Assembly (NCBI GenBank): GCA_002633005.1
Contig: NMRA01000040.1
Span: 575,362 to 639,361 of the forward strand
DNA length: 64,000 nt
Direction of reading: 5' to 3'
From: Phoronis australis
Lineage: Eukaryota > Animalia > Phoronida
Below are positions 47,312 to 62,300 of this stretch, in pieces. A program made the translations under genes and the position numbers. Position 1 is the first letter of the stretch. Each line of letters starts with the position of its first letter. The notes under the pieces are model-generated. The model ran no database searches, was not told the DNA's origin, and saw only the letters and a program-made list of their open reading frames with translations.

Positions 47312-50300
47312 ATGTGGAAGTTCAAGACGACCAAGTACAAGAATTCTGCTCCAAAAATTCCCAAGAAAGAGGTTTGTAGTTTTGCATTGACTGGCCTTTT
47401 TGCTTTTCACTTCCCATTTGTTTTTTTTTGCTTTCTCAGCAACTCATTCAGTAACTAATGTAACCTAAGGAATTTCGGTTATTGTTTACAATCCGACTCT
47501 ATTAACATACATACTTGATACTACTAATTGGTACGAGTAATGCATTTTTGGAATCACCATGATCACCATGGCAAGAGGATTCAGAAAATATTAAAATCGA
47601 GTATGTACGTCAATGGAGTCAGATTGTAAACAATAACTGTAAAAATTTCTCTTGTTGACTTAATCGTGGTGGTTTGATCTGTTATCGAGGTCTAAATAAG
47701 TGGATTAATACCGCTGTCAATCTAGTGTGACCAAGTATTTTCCATTTCCCTTGCAGTTGTTTCTCACTGGAGAATCTTTCATGCAGTTATAATAGTCTAA
47801 TTCTCTAATCTTTGCCACTTATGTTATCCGAAAATAAATAAGTGCACTGATACATTAGACCGTGTGCCTGTATTACTAACGAATTTCTGCTTATTTTTGG
47901 GCGTAAGTCATGTTTGGACGTGTGAGAACTTATTTTAAGCTGTGACTTTATGAAAAAATTGGAAGAGGTTTTAAGAAATCACTAATGTTAAAATTTGAAT
48001 ATTTTTGAAACATGTTTTACTGAATTACAGCCCAGGTGCACTATTTAACTGGTGTCGCATTTGCCCAATAATCAATCAAATCAATTATATTTGTTTTTTG
48101 TGTGCTCTGATCATCATTGGAGACGAGTTCATATTTTCTATCACTAAATCTTCTTACCCGTCAACAGGACAGTCCCGAATTACACAATGACTATTGAATC
48201 TTGCTGTATTGACTCACTATGTTGAGCATTTCTCTGCGCCATTGCAGTTTCTTGCATTATTTGTCGATGCGTTGCTTCTTAATTTTTTTCTCGACTATTA
48301 GCTGTATATGGCCATCCAATACCAGTGAAGTTTAACTGCTGTGTTGTGGGCTGTAACTGTGATGGTAGAAAGTTGGATAAACTTGAGAAGTATCCATGAA
48401 TGCGATACTAGTATTTTCCAAGAGGATTCCAAGAATCAGTCCGACACTTCTAAAACAAATGCAATGTAACAATACGTTTTCATACCTCCAGGACAAAGGA
48501 GATTTCTATCCGAGACTGTCCTAATGACCTAAATTGGAAAATGATAGAATATAATAAAGCAGTTTCTTCCATTGATTGCCTGTTTTAAGATGTTGCTGGG
48601 ATATGTTTGCTGGCACTTGCGATGAATTTGAATGACCTGTTCGGAAAATAGCGACCAGTTTGGAAAAAGGCATCGCCATTGCGACTGCTTTAAATTTTTA
48701 CTGCTTTCAATCAGGCTGTACAGCAGATAACATGGGAGATAAATACACGCTTAAGATAGTGCAACTGAAAAGACATTTGCACACAAAAAAACGTCGGATG
48801 CTCTGTCCTTCCAGCATATTTGTTGGCATTTGCACATTTGGGTTTTGAGTTATGGAAAACATTCTGTTTTTTTGTCATTGTACTAATTTTATATCAGTCT
48901 TTCATTTGAATTTATATGTATGCCACTGTGAACATTTGTCTTGTCTGACATCTTCTATTGGCAGATATCTTTGAGTGTAACACGGTTCTATTGAAAGTAT
49001 TCTCTTCTGAGTTATATTTCATTTGGTAAATTACCCTTTATTGCTCGCTTGTTAAGGACACAAATGATTGGCAATTGAAATTCTGTTTTGTCTAAATTCT
49101 CAACAAAAACAGAGGTTTAGAAAATTTTAGTCTATTAAGTCAGATGGTTTGTAGATGTCGTTTTATAGCAAAAAATTCAACGAAAGTTTCTATTATTTGT
49201 AGCAAGTTAATCAGCCTTAAAAATGACAATTTTTGCAGCTATTTTTGTGAAATAAGAGTAAGTAAGATCACACAGTGAATATTATTTAAGTAACAGGAAA
49301 ATTGAAAAACTAAACTTGGCAAATGATAACATGTTTCATGACAGGGTAGTTAGTTTCTGCCTGTGGTTTAGCCTTATAGAGTCAAACATTTCATCAAATG
49401 TAAGTTGATCTTTGTTATTCCGTTTAGACTAAATGTTGAACCTTACCTGTTTTGTATGTGAAGTCTAGCAGTCGGGTTTTGCGTTTCATTAACTTAAACA
49501 AAAAATGCAGTTGGACATGATCATCTGCTTTTTATGTTATGGTAAGCGCTCTTCAGTGTAGCGCACAGCATGGCAGACAATATGGAATTTATTTTGCCAA
49601 ATTTCTTTGTAAAAATAAATGTTCATGCTATCCTAGGCATGATTCCTACTGAGATGTAGTATTTTAATTCACTTTTTTATTTTAATTTTATAGGCTTATT
49701 TTTCAATTTTATCAGTTTCAAGTTGCTGTTTTTAATTTTTCCAAATGCCTTACAACAGGCCATAACAGAGCTCACTAACTCTCTATGTGGTTAAAAGTTG
49801 GTTGTCCTTGCCTGTTGCCCTGTTGCTCTGTTATCTGGTGTTATTATGGCCTTTCTTTTGAAAAAGGCCTAAGTTTTTAGTTATCATCTTTCATATTCGT
49901 TTTGCTTATTGACATAGCATTATATCCAGTCTTGCCTATCCTACAGTGGTGATGTTGTTCACAGATACAAAAGGGTTTGTGAAATTATGCCGCATTAAGT
50001 TAACAATAGTAAGTAAGGTATTCATGTACCAGTAATTCCTTTTTTTGACATGATTGGAATTATCGGTCAGCTACCTGCATTGGCTTAAATTCTTTAGTGT
50101 TTTGAAGCATTTGCAGGGTGTTCCATCAAAAGTTTCTGGTTCTTGACATGTAGATTTGTTAAAAATGATGTGCGAGAAGTCTTTTTTGCTTTGTGTTTAA
50201 AATCGCATTCTGTTCAAAAATCAACGCTTAGCTAAATGCCAACCAAATGCGACCTGGCATAATTCCCAAATGATCAAATATTGGTGATGGATTCATCAAA

Positions 50301-53300
50301 GCAAATAGTACCATGTGAGGTGGTGCTTCCTCTGCATCGTTTTCTCATGTCTGTTTGAGACGAACATGAGGTGTGCATGATGACGACCGATTTTCCCATT
50401 CAGTTCTTACCTCAATAGAAAGCAGACGATCAGAACACATTGTTTGTGCATACACATGGTCTCACCCTACTAGTTTTTGCTGAACAATTCTGACTATTAT
50501 GTGTTTACTTCCTGTCGTAGTTAGGGCAAAGTTTGAGTGGCTGATTTTGACGCTGGGTCAATGATAAAAGCCCATGTCTACCTCCTGGTATAAGACACCT
50601 GAAAAAAGGCACAACTTACAGAAAGCACACTCAAATTATCAAAGATGAAAAAATTCAATAAATGCTATGTCTTTTTGCCCTGCTACATCCATTAGCACAA
50701 TTTGAGGCCAAAAATCACCACAAAAATGCGATTTTGGTCTCTTCCTACCGACAATCACATATTCACAACTGCCCCAGTACATGAGAGGAGATAAGAATAC
50801 AAATGCTCTTGCATTTTAAGATTCCATAAATTTAGGTTGAAATATGTCATGACCTGCCAGATTTTTTGCCAATTTCCACTTGTCTAAAGGGTTTGTGCCA
50901 AAGAATTCCCCACTGAACAAGGATGTGGTTTGAAAATACCGGGAGTTCAGTATTCTTGTAGATAAGAGTAGAGGCCAAATTTCTGGACTTCATTTACTCA
51001 AAGCAACTTCAAGGAACTACTGAGTACAATTTGTGGCAATCACTTCCCATTTAGTCCTCAATATTGCTGTCAAACCTGATCTACTTCATGTTCTCCATTT
51101 TGTGGGGAGGTACAATTATGTTAGTACCATGGTCTTAGATTATGTTAGCGTATGCTAGGATGTGTGCCGAGGGTGGCCCAATATAAATACCGGTAGAGCA
51201 ATTGTGAACCATAGGTATTGCATTAGGATGTCGGTCATGTCACCACAAATTTTGAGGCGAATTATTGAGAGTCGGACTTCTTCTAACTTTGGCAACTCGC
51301 CAAAATCCAGCGACTTCTAGGTAACTTTGGATTCTTTCCAGGTTTTTAAATAAAATCGTAAGTAGGGCTTATTGTTGAGCTGCAGGTCGCTAAATCTAGC
51401 CTTGCAGTGCCATTTTTGATAGGATTCCCAAATTTACTCGATTGTAGTATGGACCAAATTGAGTTTATTATTTGGTGAAATGAAGTTTCTCCCAGTCTGT
51501 TGCTTGTCATGAAATTTGTTTTGTTTCTTTGTTCACATACTACAAGTCGCTGAGTGTGGCACTGCAGAGCGATTTCACTTTTCCTTTGAGGCTTGATTGG
51601 TGGTTTTAAACTTGATATATTCTGGTTTGAACTTGTCACAGTTGACTTGACCTTGTTATTACTGTGAAGACTAAAGGCATTTTCTCTGATCTGAAATTCA
51701 CATTAAGGCTTATAATGACGTGTTTTTTCTTTTTTATGCACCCACATATTCGATGACAAATTGCCGCCATGTCTCTGTGGTGTTCAGGTGTTCAGCATGG
51801 CTACTGCTATGCCACCTGGAGGCAATTGTAAGTTTTTGCATTTGCCTCAGTTGCATGCTGGTGAATGTGTTTTTATCAATTAGAAGTACAAAAGTCACCA
51901 TCAATAAATTTTTCACCCATGACAATTTCTGCAGTGCCTCCAATGATAATTTTAGTGATTTCGTGTCCACCTCTCTATCTTCCATATTGCTTGAAGGATA
52001 GACGTGAAATTTGGGAGATATGTTGCTGATGACAAGAGCATGACTGTTGATGATTTTCAGACAGATCCAAATACCTCTATGTCCTTTAAATGCAGTTTCA
52101 TTTGTTGCACTAAGTTCTGTGAACAATTTAACACTGATCATGTTTCTGACTGATGCTGATTATCAGAGGAATTCCAGTACTGCTCTGCAAACATTGGGCA
52201 TCTGGGTTTTCCAATATTTTGTCGTCCATGACCAATGACATGAGACCGCGTTTTTATGACGCTGAAGTCAAATTGCTGTAACTGTTGTTATTTGAACAAA
52301 ATATTAGGAACTTGTTAAACGACGACACTGTCCTTTAATTGTTGACGATAACAGTGGCCCCTAGCGATAACTTCGATGGGTTCGAATTTGTCGATTCATA
52401 CTGCACCACAGCATCGACGCTTCGCTGTGAATCCACCTGTTTTCTGTGAAATTAACTGATGTTGTTAACTTCGATCCAGGACCGAAGTCAACCGTTCATG
52501 TTCCCTTAGATGGCAGTTTTAATTTTGATGTTGGTTTTAACATCTTTCAAGTTTGGTGAAGGATCTTCATAAAATTTGATCAATACAACTTCATCCATAC
52601 GAGACCCTGAACATCAGCTGCCCATTTGTGACTGTTGCCATTGGTATATGGACATTTTTGTTAAGTCACGTTTGGTACCAGCCTCTTGAAGAATGATCAT
52701 GGTAGATGAGTTGAAGTGAACTTGACTGGCATTGAATATCGTATGAAATTGACAGCTGCAAGTTAGTGTTCTCCTAGGAGTAAGTTGCAGCCATCTTGAA
52801 ATCTACATGTATGATGTAACTGAATTGAATTTGTCAAGTTGAATGATTATTACTGGTCCCCATAGGTTATATAGTACCCTTGAAACATTTCCAAATTTGG
52901 CCAACTTGGAAAATCATAATCTCAGACATGGCTGATCGGATTCATATGAAAGTAACACATCCTATGCTTTATGCGCTGTTCTTGAAGATGCTGTGAGGAA
53001 TTGCTCTTGAATTGTTGCATCTATGCATGAGGGGCTATCATGAAATAGGACTCTTAAAAATATTCTGAAAAAATGCAAAAGCTGTGTAAAATGAAGGCGA
53101 AGTGATGGTTTACAAAACTGTAACAGTGCGTAGAAATGTTCGAAAAACTAATATTTTTGCCATTTGCTCTCATTACCCCATGCTCTCATTTCAAATTGAA
53201 GTTGTAATTAGCATTTCAAGTGCAGCAATAATTGCAAGTGCATTGCAAAGTAACTTATAGGTTGAAGCAACCAACATTTAATGGTTCATTCTGTTAAAAT

Positions 53301-56300
53301 TAAATTTACCATTATGTTACATAGGCAGATTTGGGGTGCCCGACCCCCTCTTGGCTGCTGCAAAAAAATAAAACAGTAAGAGCATAAGGAATTGACAATT
53401 AACCCCGACAATCAATATCCGGATGAGGGGGGGGGGGTGGAGGCTCACACTCCATTTTAAATGTCCGGCCCCGACAATCTGCGCAACCGCTTTCATTTTT
53501 TAAAAAATGTTTATTTTAGTTCTCCGTTTATTTTTGGAGTACATGGCTCAGAAACTCGAGCCTCGCTGACTTTAGGCTGCGTGTGCGCATCTAATCGTGC
53601 TTCGCTCAATTGCCCCAGACAAAATGTTGAGCCCCCTCCCCCTTATGGTATCCTAGATTTGCCAACTTGTTACATCAACCATGCCAAGATTATTATTTGT
53701 TCAAAAGTCTATTTTAGGAAAATTGGTGTCTGAACTAAAGTGTTTAAACATCATGAACACTGCTACATTTCTTTTCAGGAATGGATCACAAATCTTCCCA
53801 TCGGCAACTTAATGCAGTCAGCTGGAAATCACATCGGAGCCAGTTGCACTTTTATGGCGTTTAACACAGGTATGCAGTATTGCGTTGGCCATGGTGCGGC
53901 TGAAGAGAAACACTTCCTGGGTATTAGATGAGCTGATTTTTAAAGTTAACTTTGAAATATGCAGCATACATTCTTTAGCCTGTTAAATAACCACACTGCT
54001 CTGGTTGTGGTTACTGCTTTAGGCTAAACACCATTACTGTAAAATTTTTGAATTTCTCGCACAATGTGGCGGTCATGTGGAATTTTATTTTGTCAGATTT
54101 ATGAACAAAAAGAGATTCTGAAGTCTATTATAAAAATTTGGCTTCATCATTTGCATGGATTGTTAGTGATTTTTCTCATGAAATTTTTAGCCTTTGAAAA
54201 TTGAAAAAATGCAATTTTAGCAATTGCTTTTTTGCAAAATTGAGAGAGATTTTTTAGTACTAGTTTTGAACAAAGTGTTATGTTAACTTATAGGGTCATT
54301 ATTATTGCCCCAAGTTAGAATGAAACCAATCAACTTTTTTAATATTTGACTTTCTGGTACAATGTTTTATAAGGTGGTGCAAAAGGTGAGGTTCATTTTT
54401 TTTAAAAATTCCTAAGTTGCATCAAGTTAACAAAGATAATTCTGAAAACTGCAACAGAGATTACTTCCTGAATTTTAATAATTTTGTGAAAATTAATTCA
54501 AGTTATTGATATTGTTGGTTTGCTAGTTGTGTTTTTTTCATGAATTTCACTAAAACGACTTAGTTATTACTCAATGACAAATATTGAAATTTTCTCACCC
54601 TCTGTTTTTAGAAAATAAGTCATCCTTCTGAATAAATTGCATTGTTTAGGTAGTAGTGATTGAGGCAACGGTTACTGAGCTGCATTTTGAGAACCAGTTT
54701 TCTCTACTGAATAACGGGTATTAAAGTGTTTCTCAAAATCCAGGGCCACTGTAACTATTGCCCTGGTGCAGAAGTTAAGTGTTATGTCTGCATGTCCGCA
54801 AGAGATCTCTTTTTTAACTAATTAACATTTCAGACTTCCTGTTGTCTGTAAGGATGGATGCAGTGGTTTTTGCAGTCTAAAAATACTCAGTAGAATTAGT
54901 GGGAAACACAATTCAAATGTTTGCAAGGTTGTAAAACCTTCAGAGCATTACATTCTGCACACACTGCTAGTAAATTTAAGGCCCTTTCATATTGACTTAA
55001 CTCCGGTCTGAGCGGAGCGTCGACGTAAACAGCGCAGTTAACTGGACCGTTCATACTGGCTTTGGTAGTTAATGACCGTCGAAGTAAAGGGTTGGTCACG
55101 CTGACGTCATCGAAGTTATCGCAAGGTAGCGCTAAGATTTTTTTCAATGTGACAATTTGGGAACATTTATATGTGCTAAATGACGTTAAACTCATTTTAA
55201 ATCGATTGGTTATCATTAGAGCAAAAAATAAGTAGTTATTAGTGACGGCACTACTCTGTAACTGTTGACGATAACAGTGGCACCTGGCGATAACTTCGAT
55301 TGGACCGGAGTTAAGCGTTCATACTGCACCGCAGCGTCGACGCTGCGGTCTTAAGTCCACCTGTTAACTGCGAGGTTAACTGGAGCTGTTAACTGCGATC
55401 CAGGACCGGAGTCAAGCGTTCATACTGACCGCAACTCCCCAAACCATCGACGCGTCGACATTAGTATGAAAGACCCTTTAGAAATGTGATTTGAGCACTT
55501 CCTTATCTGCGCTTATACGCCCAGCATCAGAAAGCTGTAAACTGTTATTGTTATAAGCTTTGCTCAGCTTAACTGATTAGAGTCATTGGTTTCTGTCAAA
55601 ATGAATACTATTTTTTAATAAATATGAAATGAATATTATTCCGTTAGCCACAGTTTTATACGGGGAGATTTATGGGAGCAGTCAGCAGAATATGTTATGG
55701 TAATCCTGTTATTTTATTCAATAATAGATGTCAAAATTATCATTTTTCCATTTTTCAGCTGCAGTCAGATTGCTTTCCTACAAGTAATGGAAACCTTACT
55801 AATAAAAAGTGTTGTTTTATGGCATCTAAACAGTAGAAACCATGCTTGTAATGGACTAAATTATTCTTAATCTTTATTTTTGTGGAGAAATTTGACACAG
55901 TAGAATTTCAATTGTTGGCCACATTCTGTGCTAAATAAGTGAAGAATTGCAGTAACTCAATTATGAAGCTGGTTAAGTAAGCACATAATTGCCTTTGTGC
56001 ACGAATCTTGGCTGGTCTTTTTGTAAAGTGTGACGCTCATGAGTTTTCGTTCATCAGGTTTGGTTGTGACGTGGAAAGAGCACAGTAGTTTTTACCTAGA
56101 ATATTGCTTGAATGTTTGTTTATTTCAATCAGTTAACTTCTGTAGCAGCCCTTCATTGATACAAACTTGGTCGAAGACATGAGTGTACTTTTTGTTGAAA
56201 TCTTTGTATTTATGTATTTATATCTACATGAATATGTAAGTCAGATTGGATTTCTGTGTTCGACCACTGAACCCGATGGCTCAGTTAACTAGATTGTATG

Positions 56301-59300
56301 CATGGTTAGCAGAAGGTCCCGGGTCCAGTCCTGCTTGAGGCAGAAATCTTTTCAGACTTGTTTGTATTCATTAGGTCACATAATATGGTCAACAGGTGTT
56401 TGCAGGCTTGTTAAGAGAGTATGAGCGCATATATATTAAGCTGTCTAACAAAAAGTACAGTTGTGCTTTCAACCAAATTGATTTCAATCAGTAAAACACT
56501 CTGGCATGTGTTTAAAGCCCTGTGTACACACTCCGACAGGACTGTGTTCTGACAAAATACAAAGTTGTACATGAGGTCAGCCTGTGTAATAAAGTTTCCT
56601 TCAACTCAAACACAAATAATGGAAAAAATCGACATGTTTTAATTGTTCAAACACTCGCTCTAGTCCCAAAAATGTTCAAAATTTCATCTTTTGTGTTTGT
56701 TGATGACAGCTCTACAAATCATAAACTGAAATTGTCCTGTTGTTTACTTAAGTTGAAAATTTTAATAAAATGAAATTTGACTGTTTCACCATATTATTTT
56801 CTAATTTAAAGAAACTTCACCATAATCGAAAAGTTGTATATGAAGTCAAATTTGGAAAATTAGTTTGTATCCTGGACTCAGTAGTGCTAAGTTTAACTGT
56901 CCCTGTTACCTTAAGTACAGTAGTCAGTTGGTCTCTGAACATAATTAATAGTTATGTACGGTTTCTGTAGTGTTGCATGTTGTAAAGAAAGGCATTCAAC
57001 ATCCTTGGTCTGTTTGCAATGACCTCTGTGAGGTATCCTAAGTTCATAAACCAGAAAATGGCCTCTGTATGCATGGCTGTTTCTTCAACATGTGATTTTA
57101 AAAATAGTTAAACATGAAATTTGACTAGCTTGTTGTCTGTTTTTTAAATGCACTTTTAGAGGCTGCATACCACAGTGTTTGGTGTCTCTAAATGATTGGT
57201 CAAAATTTGTTAATGTCTAGTTTGTATAGGAATTGCAACTATGTCAGTAAAGCCTTTTTTGGATTCTGGCCACATGATTAAAATGATACAGTCTTAATTG
57301 TAAATCCCACCAATTTTGGGCACAATGTGGCAGATAAGTGGAATTCGTTTTTTTTTTACAAAGAAAAGCTTCATGACTAGTTTCATTTCTATGCCGTAGC
57401 TACTCTCTGACAATGTGTTGAAAAAATGTGGGCGTTCACAGCAATATTAGAATCTCTTGAAAGGAGTTGCATTTGCTCCGGACCCCTCTTTCAAAATTTT
57501 GGCGTCCTAGAAAAATAAAGAGTGGTGAAGTTTTGAAAGCATTTAAAAATGGAAGAAAACTACTAGAAGGAACATTTTGTATCAGCAAGAAATGCTGTAA
57601 ATGTAGCAGAGTGAAAAGACACAAAAGCCTTCTTCCGGATGAACACTGCATTTTTGAAACATTTTCCAAAGTAATAATAATCACACCGAGTAAATCATCT
57701 TTCATGCAACGGAATTGCACAAAGAAATAATGTTGTATTTAGCATTAGATTATTAGACTAGAAGACCAGTTGGCCCCCTGGATTCAGGCATTAAATTGTG
57801 GAAATGTTTGAGCGAATCCATCATTTGCCTCCTCCATTGACATCGCTAACGGCAGCAGCACTTCTTCAATATGGAACAAAAATAATTGAAAGTTATTACA
57901 TTGACACAAATGCTCAACATTGCATCAACTGTTCTTGGACGATATCTGCACCATACCCATCGTGCTGAGAACAAAGTAAAATTTGTTAATAAAAGTGATA
58001 ATTTTATTGAGAAATTATACACAAAATTTCATTTCACTTGTCCGTCCGTCATATTGTGCTCTAAAATGAAGATTTTTGCTGAATCATGCAATAAAAATCA
58101 CGACCATGTATTTTCACGTATTTTTCAACAGGTGCCGGTTGTCTAGGAATATTACCAATAGATGCTTCAGGAAGACAAAATCATGTACCCATCCTCTACG
58201 GCCACTCAGGTATGTTGTAACTCTGCAGTTTTGGCCTTATGTTAACTTGATATCGCTGCAACACAGACATCAGGCATAGATCCAAGCTGTGTAATTAAAT
58301 TTCCATAATGCTATGAGTGTAGCTTAACCTAATGACTCAGCACTTCCCATAGTCTGGCCATGTTGAGACATTAGATCGATGAATTGGGTAAGTTGGAAGT
58401 TGATGGCAGTTGGTTACTCAACTACTTCACAAAGCTCAACATCACATTTTAACCAGCAACATGACTAACTGATCTTAGCAAAAGTTTGCTCGTAACTTTT
58501 CAAAGACCTCGAACAAGTGTTCAAAATGTGTTTTCTCAGGCAACTCTTAAAACTGCTCGCTAATGTCAACTCAACAATCACGCTAGCGGGGTAGAGTTTC
58601 GTAGACATAAATGTCTTGCTAAGAAAGCCAGTGTGATCACAAACTTTGCTTGTAATACATGGCAATATCTTGCGAAGTCTTGCTTGTTCATGCGTTTCTG
58701 CAAGATTTTCACCTCAGCGGAATGCACGCCTGGATCAACAGTATTGATGTTCAACTAACAACTGTGTGTGTGTTCTATGTGATTGTTGCCTAGGTAACTG
58801 TCCTGCGCTGTCTAGCACCTTCACCAAATCATTGTAAAATTGAATTATATGTCATGTGTTGTGCCTGACTGGTGACATGTTACAGAGTATCTCAATTGCA
58901 AAACTGAAGCATCTGTAACCAATAAACTGTCAATAGCATTTTGGACATGGGTGAATTCAGTCGCAGTTTTTCTGGTAATTCATTGTGAGACACCTAGTAT
59001 TGAGAAATTTGAAGTGTACTACAAATGCCAACCTTGAGCAAAATAATTACGTTTTCACCGTCCAAAATTGGGTATTTTTTATGGTTATATTAAATTTAAA
59101 TTTAGTTGAATTTGTTTTTTAAATTTCAATAAAATGTTACTGTTTAAGTACAGTACTACAAGTACTACACATTGCTGGATCTTAATGAAATTAGGCGGGT
59201 GTTTACCTCTGAAGCTGACAATGGATGACGATGACTTTGAATGGATCCAGCTCCTGCTGTTCCGGTTGGTGCATTTGCTTCCTCACCAAGTAATGTGCTA

Positions 59301-62300
59301 GATCTTTATGGTATTTGGGGAACGTGTTACAATCAAGGAGACAATCTTACTCGTGAACTTGTGAGCCAAGCCCAATACTGCTGTGCCCGCTGTTGGCAAT
59401 TTTAGCATTTTGGGCTCCATTTTTGGCATATGCCTTTCTATCAGCAAAACGGTTTAAAGTATGGAAATTGAGGGATCTGTTCTCGTTACAAAAGTGTGGC
59501 CGACATTAATTTTCAGACTGATTTAAATACCGCTATGCTCCCTTATGGCAGTTCTAGTTTGTTTTGGGCCTGCCGCCGTATCCACCATGTTTGGTGAAAG
59601 ATTGTCATGGATTGGAATTTGAATACCTTTACATCCCACTAGTGGCTGTTTTTGCACCTGCCTCAATGTCTGTTCTTTAGAAAGATTCTCATGGGATTTG
59701 GTAGCTGGGTTCCTGTTAACAAGAATAAGACTCAGCAGACATATGGGTGGATCTGACTACTGCTCTGCAATTTTTTTACATTTTTGGGACTGCCTACGTA
59801 ATTACCAAGTCCAATGATGAAGCTTCATGAAATTTTGACACACGTGTTTCTATGAGAGAAAAGGCAGCACCTGTCCGCTATCTCACGGTACTGGCATGGC
59901 GTGCACCCTCTAGTGGCAATTTTAGTATTTTGGTGTCTGTCTTTTCTGCCTAACGGTTAGAAGAATCTTTATGAAATTTGACGCAGTTGTTTCTATTGAT
60001 GGAAACTTGGGTGTCATCGACTTTTATACACTTTTGTGTACTGCTACACCCCCTAGTGGCAGTTTTAGTTTTTCTGACAGTTCCGAAATGTGCCCTGCCC
60101 CCTATCATCTAGGAAGGTGAACAGGACAGGCGTTGGTTAGTGGATTGATTCAACTTCTCTAGTGCCCCCTAGTGTTAGTTTTAGCTTTCTTTGCAGAGTT
60201 CTCAATTTCTAATGGGATTGCATTTGCTAATTTCTGATGGCCAGCACTGCACTCCATTTGAATTTTCTTATGTGGTTCAGTCTAGTGCATGGAAATGTTT
60301 GCTCTTTGCAATTCGGGGTGCACACGGTTGATGCATGTCATTGCTGTGCCTTGCACTTCTACTGAAATGTTTGTAGTCTGAGTGTGTTGACTATCATCTA
60401 TTTTTCCTTCCACAGATTTCCTGTCCGACTTCCAATTTTGCCCAGTCAACGACGGTCTCCTTGCAACGGGTTCATTTGACTGCACTGTAAGTACACTTCC
60501 CTGTGTGTAATGCAAACAAAATGCATTATCTGTTGCATGTCAAGCATGTGGCATGGGACTTATGTGTTAGTGTGAAGTACCTGCAGTCTGTTGCGTGTAG
60601 CAATTAAAGCTGACGTTTCATCGTTTAAACCACAACCTCTTTTGGCTCGTCACAGCGTCAAGTTTGAATTTTGCCATGACAAGTTTGGCTTACTTGCGTC
60701 AAGATTAAAAAGTTGAGCAACGAGTTTGAAATATTAAATTAGCCATGTCCTAAGCAAATTACGACATTTTGGACTTTTGTTACCAGTTCAGTGCATTTAT
60801 TTCAAGACTTAATGTACAAACTCCGCACAGCATAGACATTGGCTTTTGAACTGTTGTTCATGAATTTTGAAATTCAAGTCGAGTTTGAATTTTCTGTCGT
60901 GGAGAATGCTGTAACCAAATCAATTCCTGCCATCAACATGCAGACAGGCATCTGTAGTGTCGCGGCGGAGTTGCATGGAAAATTTCCATTTCCATGTTTC
61001 TATGACAAGGAATATTTTAATCGAAAATTTCAGAATTGCTTATTGTGGCTTGTTTTTCTATTTTGAATAATAGCAATAGTATGTCATCAGTCAAAATAAC
61101 CAACCTTGATTCCAATAAAACTGAATACAAGAGCTACAGTACCTCATCACTACAAACAAAAGGGCAGAAACAGTGGGTGTGATATCATCAACAGAGTATA
61201 GTGTTTGTTTGCCTATTATGACTGTTCGTGGCATCATTGATTCAGTTCATGGAGTAAATATTCTTTCTATTTTTGGTGGTTCAGCCAGTCCACTGAGGCT
61301 AACATGCAAGGGATTAAAAACTTTATATGTTCAAACTGAAATGTTTTACCCAAAATGTAAAAATCAACTGTCTTCCAGTCCTTGCCTTGATATTTATAAC
61401 ACCCTGTATGCCAAAAGCTTTGTTTGTACATTAATATTCAAAGTTCACCACCCTTATTCATGATATTTTGGCACAAGTGGCCATGTATGTTTCAAATGTT
61501 ATTTACCCCTACTCAGTCTGGTCACATTGTTGGGTATGTATTGTTTGGAGTTGTACGTGTTGGTTCCATCCCTCATAGGTCAAAATCTGGAGTCTCGGTG
61601 ACTCGGTCACAGAGAACATATCGAATGCAGCCTGCAGCTTGTCTCACATTCAGCACCGTGTTGAGAATGTCGTGTGGAACCCTGTCATCGAGGGAATTCT
61701 GGCAGTCGTCAATGGGCCGTGTGTCGATGTCTTTGACGTGGAGTGTAACAAGAAACTGTTCAGTGAGTTCTGTGTTGTACAGTACGTGCCGAAAAATAAT
61801 CTAACAAAATGACCCAGAACTCCCTGTCATGTTGACTGACTGAAATGGAATTCCTGGCACTTTACTTAATGTGTTCATTTATGAGAAACACTTTTGAGTA
61901 AAACTGAGGAGCAAAATTTTTTAGAATAACATGCAAGTCAAACAGACTTAAAATTGTAGACATTGGGGTGAATTCAACTTAACCCTAACTTTTAAATGAA
62001 AATTACTATTGACAAAAATACATGAAAAACATCCAGTTTAATATGGTGCTCATGTAACAAGGGATGGCCACCTGCTACTTGTGATTGAGTGAAAAAATTC
62101 TTATAATTGGAAAATGCATCATTTCGGATATTGGCGCTTGAGTGTAACGTGATCGAGTATAAAGTAGGCTGACCCTCCGAGTATGAAGCCCTAAAATATG
62201 GTTTTCGAAGAGTTGGATGCATTTCAGGATGTGGCCACTGTCAGGAATGACAACTTTCATATTTAAAGTGTTGTCTCTTAAAGAAACGCCTTGTTATTAC

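Noticed and set aside
47372-53778. Nested gene in the large CORO7 intron (human CORO7 hosts VASN in an intron)
   Set aside because: No long ORF or LRR/EGF/FN3-like peptide is seen; ORFs such as 51734..52141 have no recognisable motifs.
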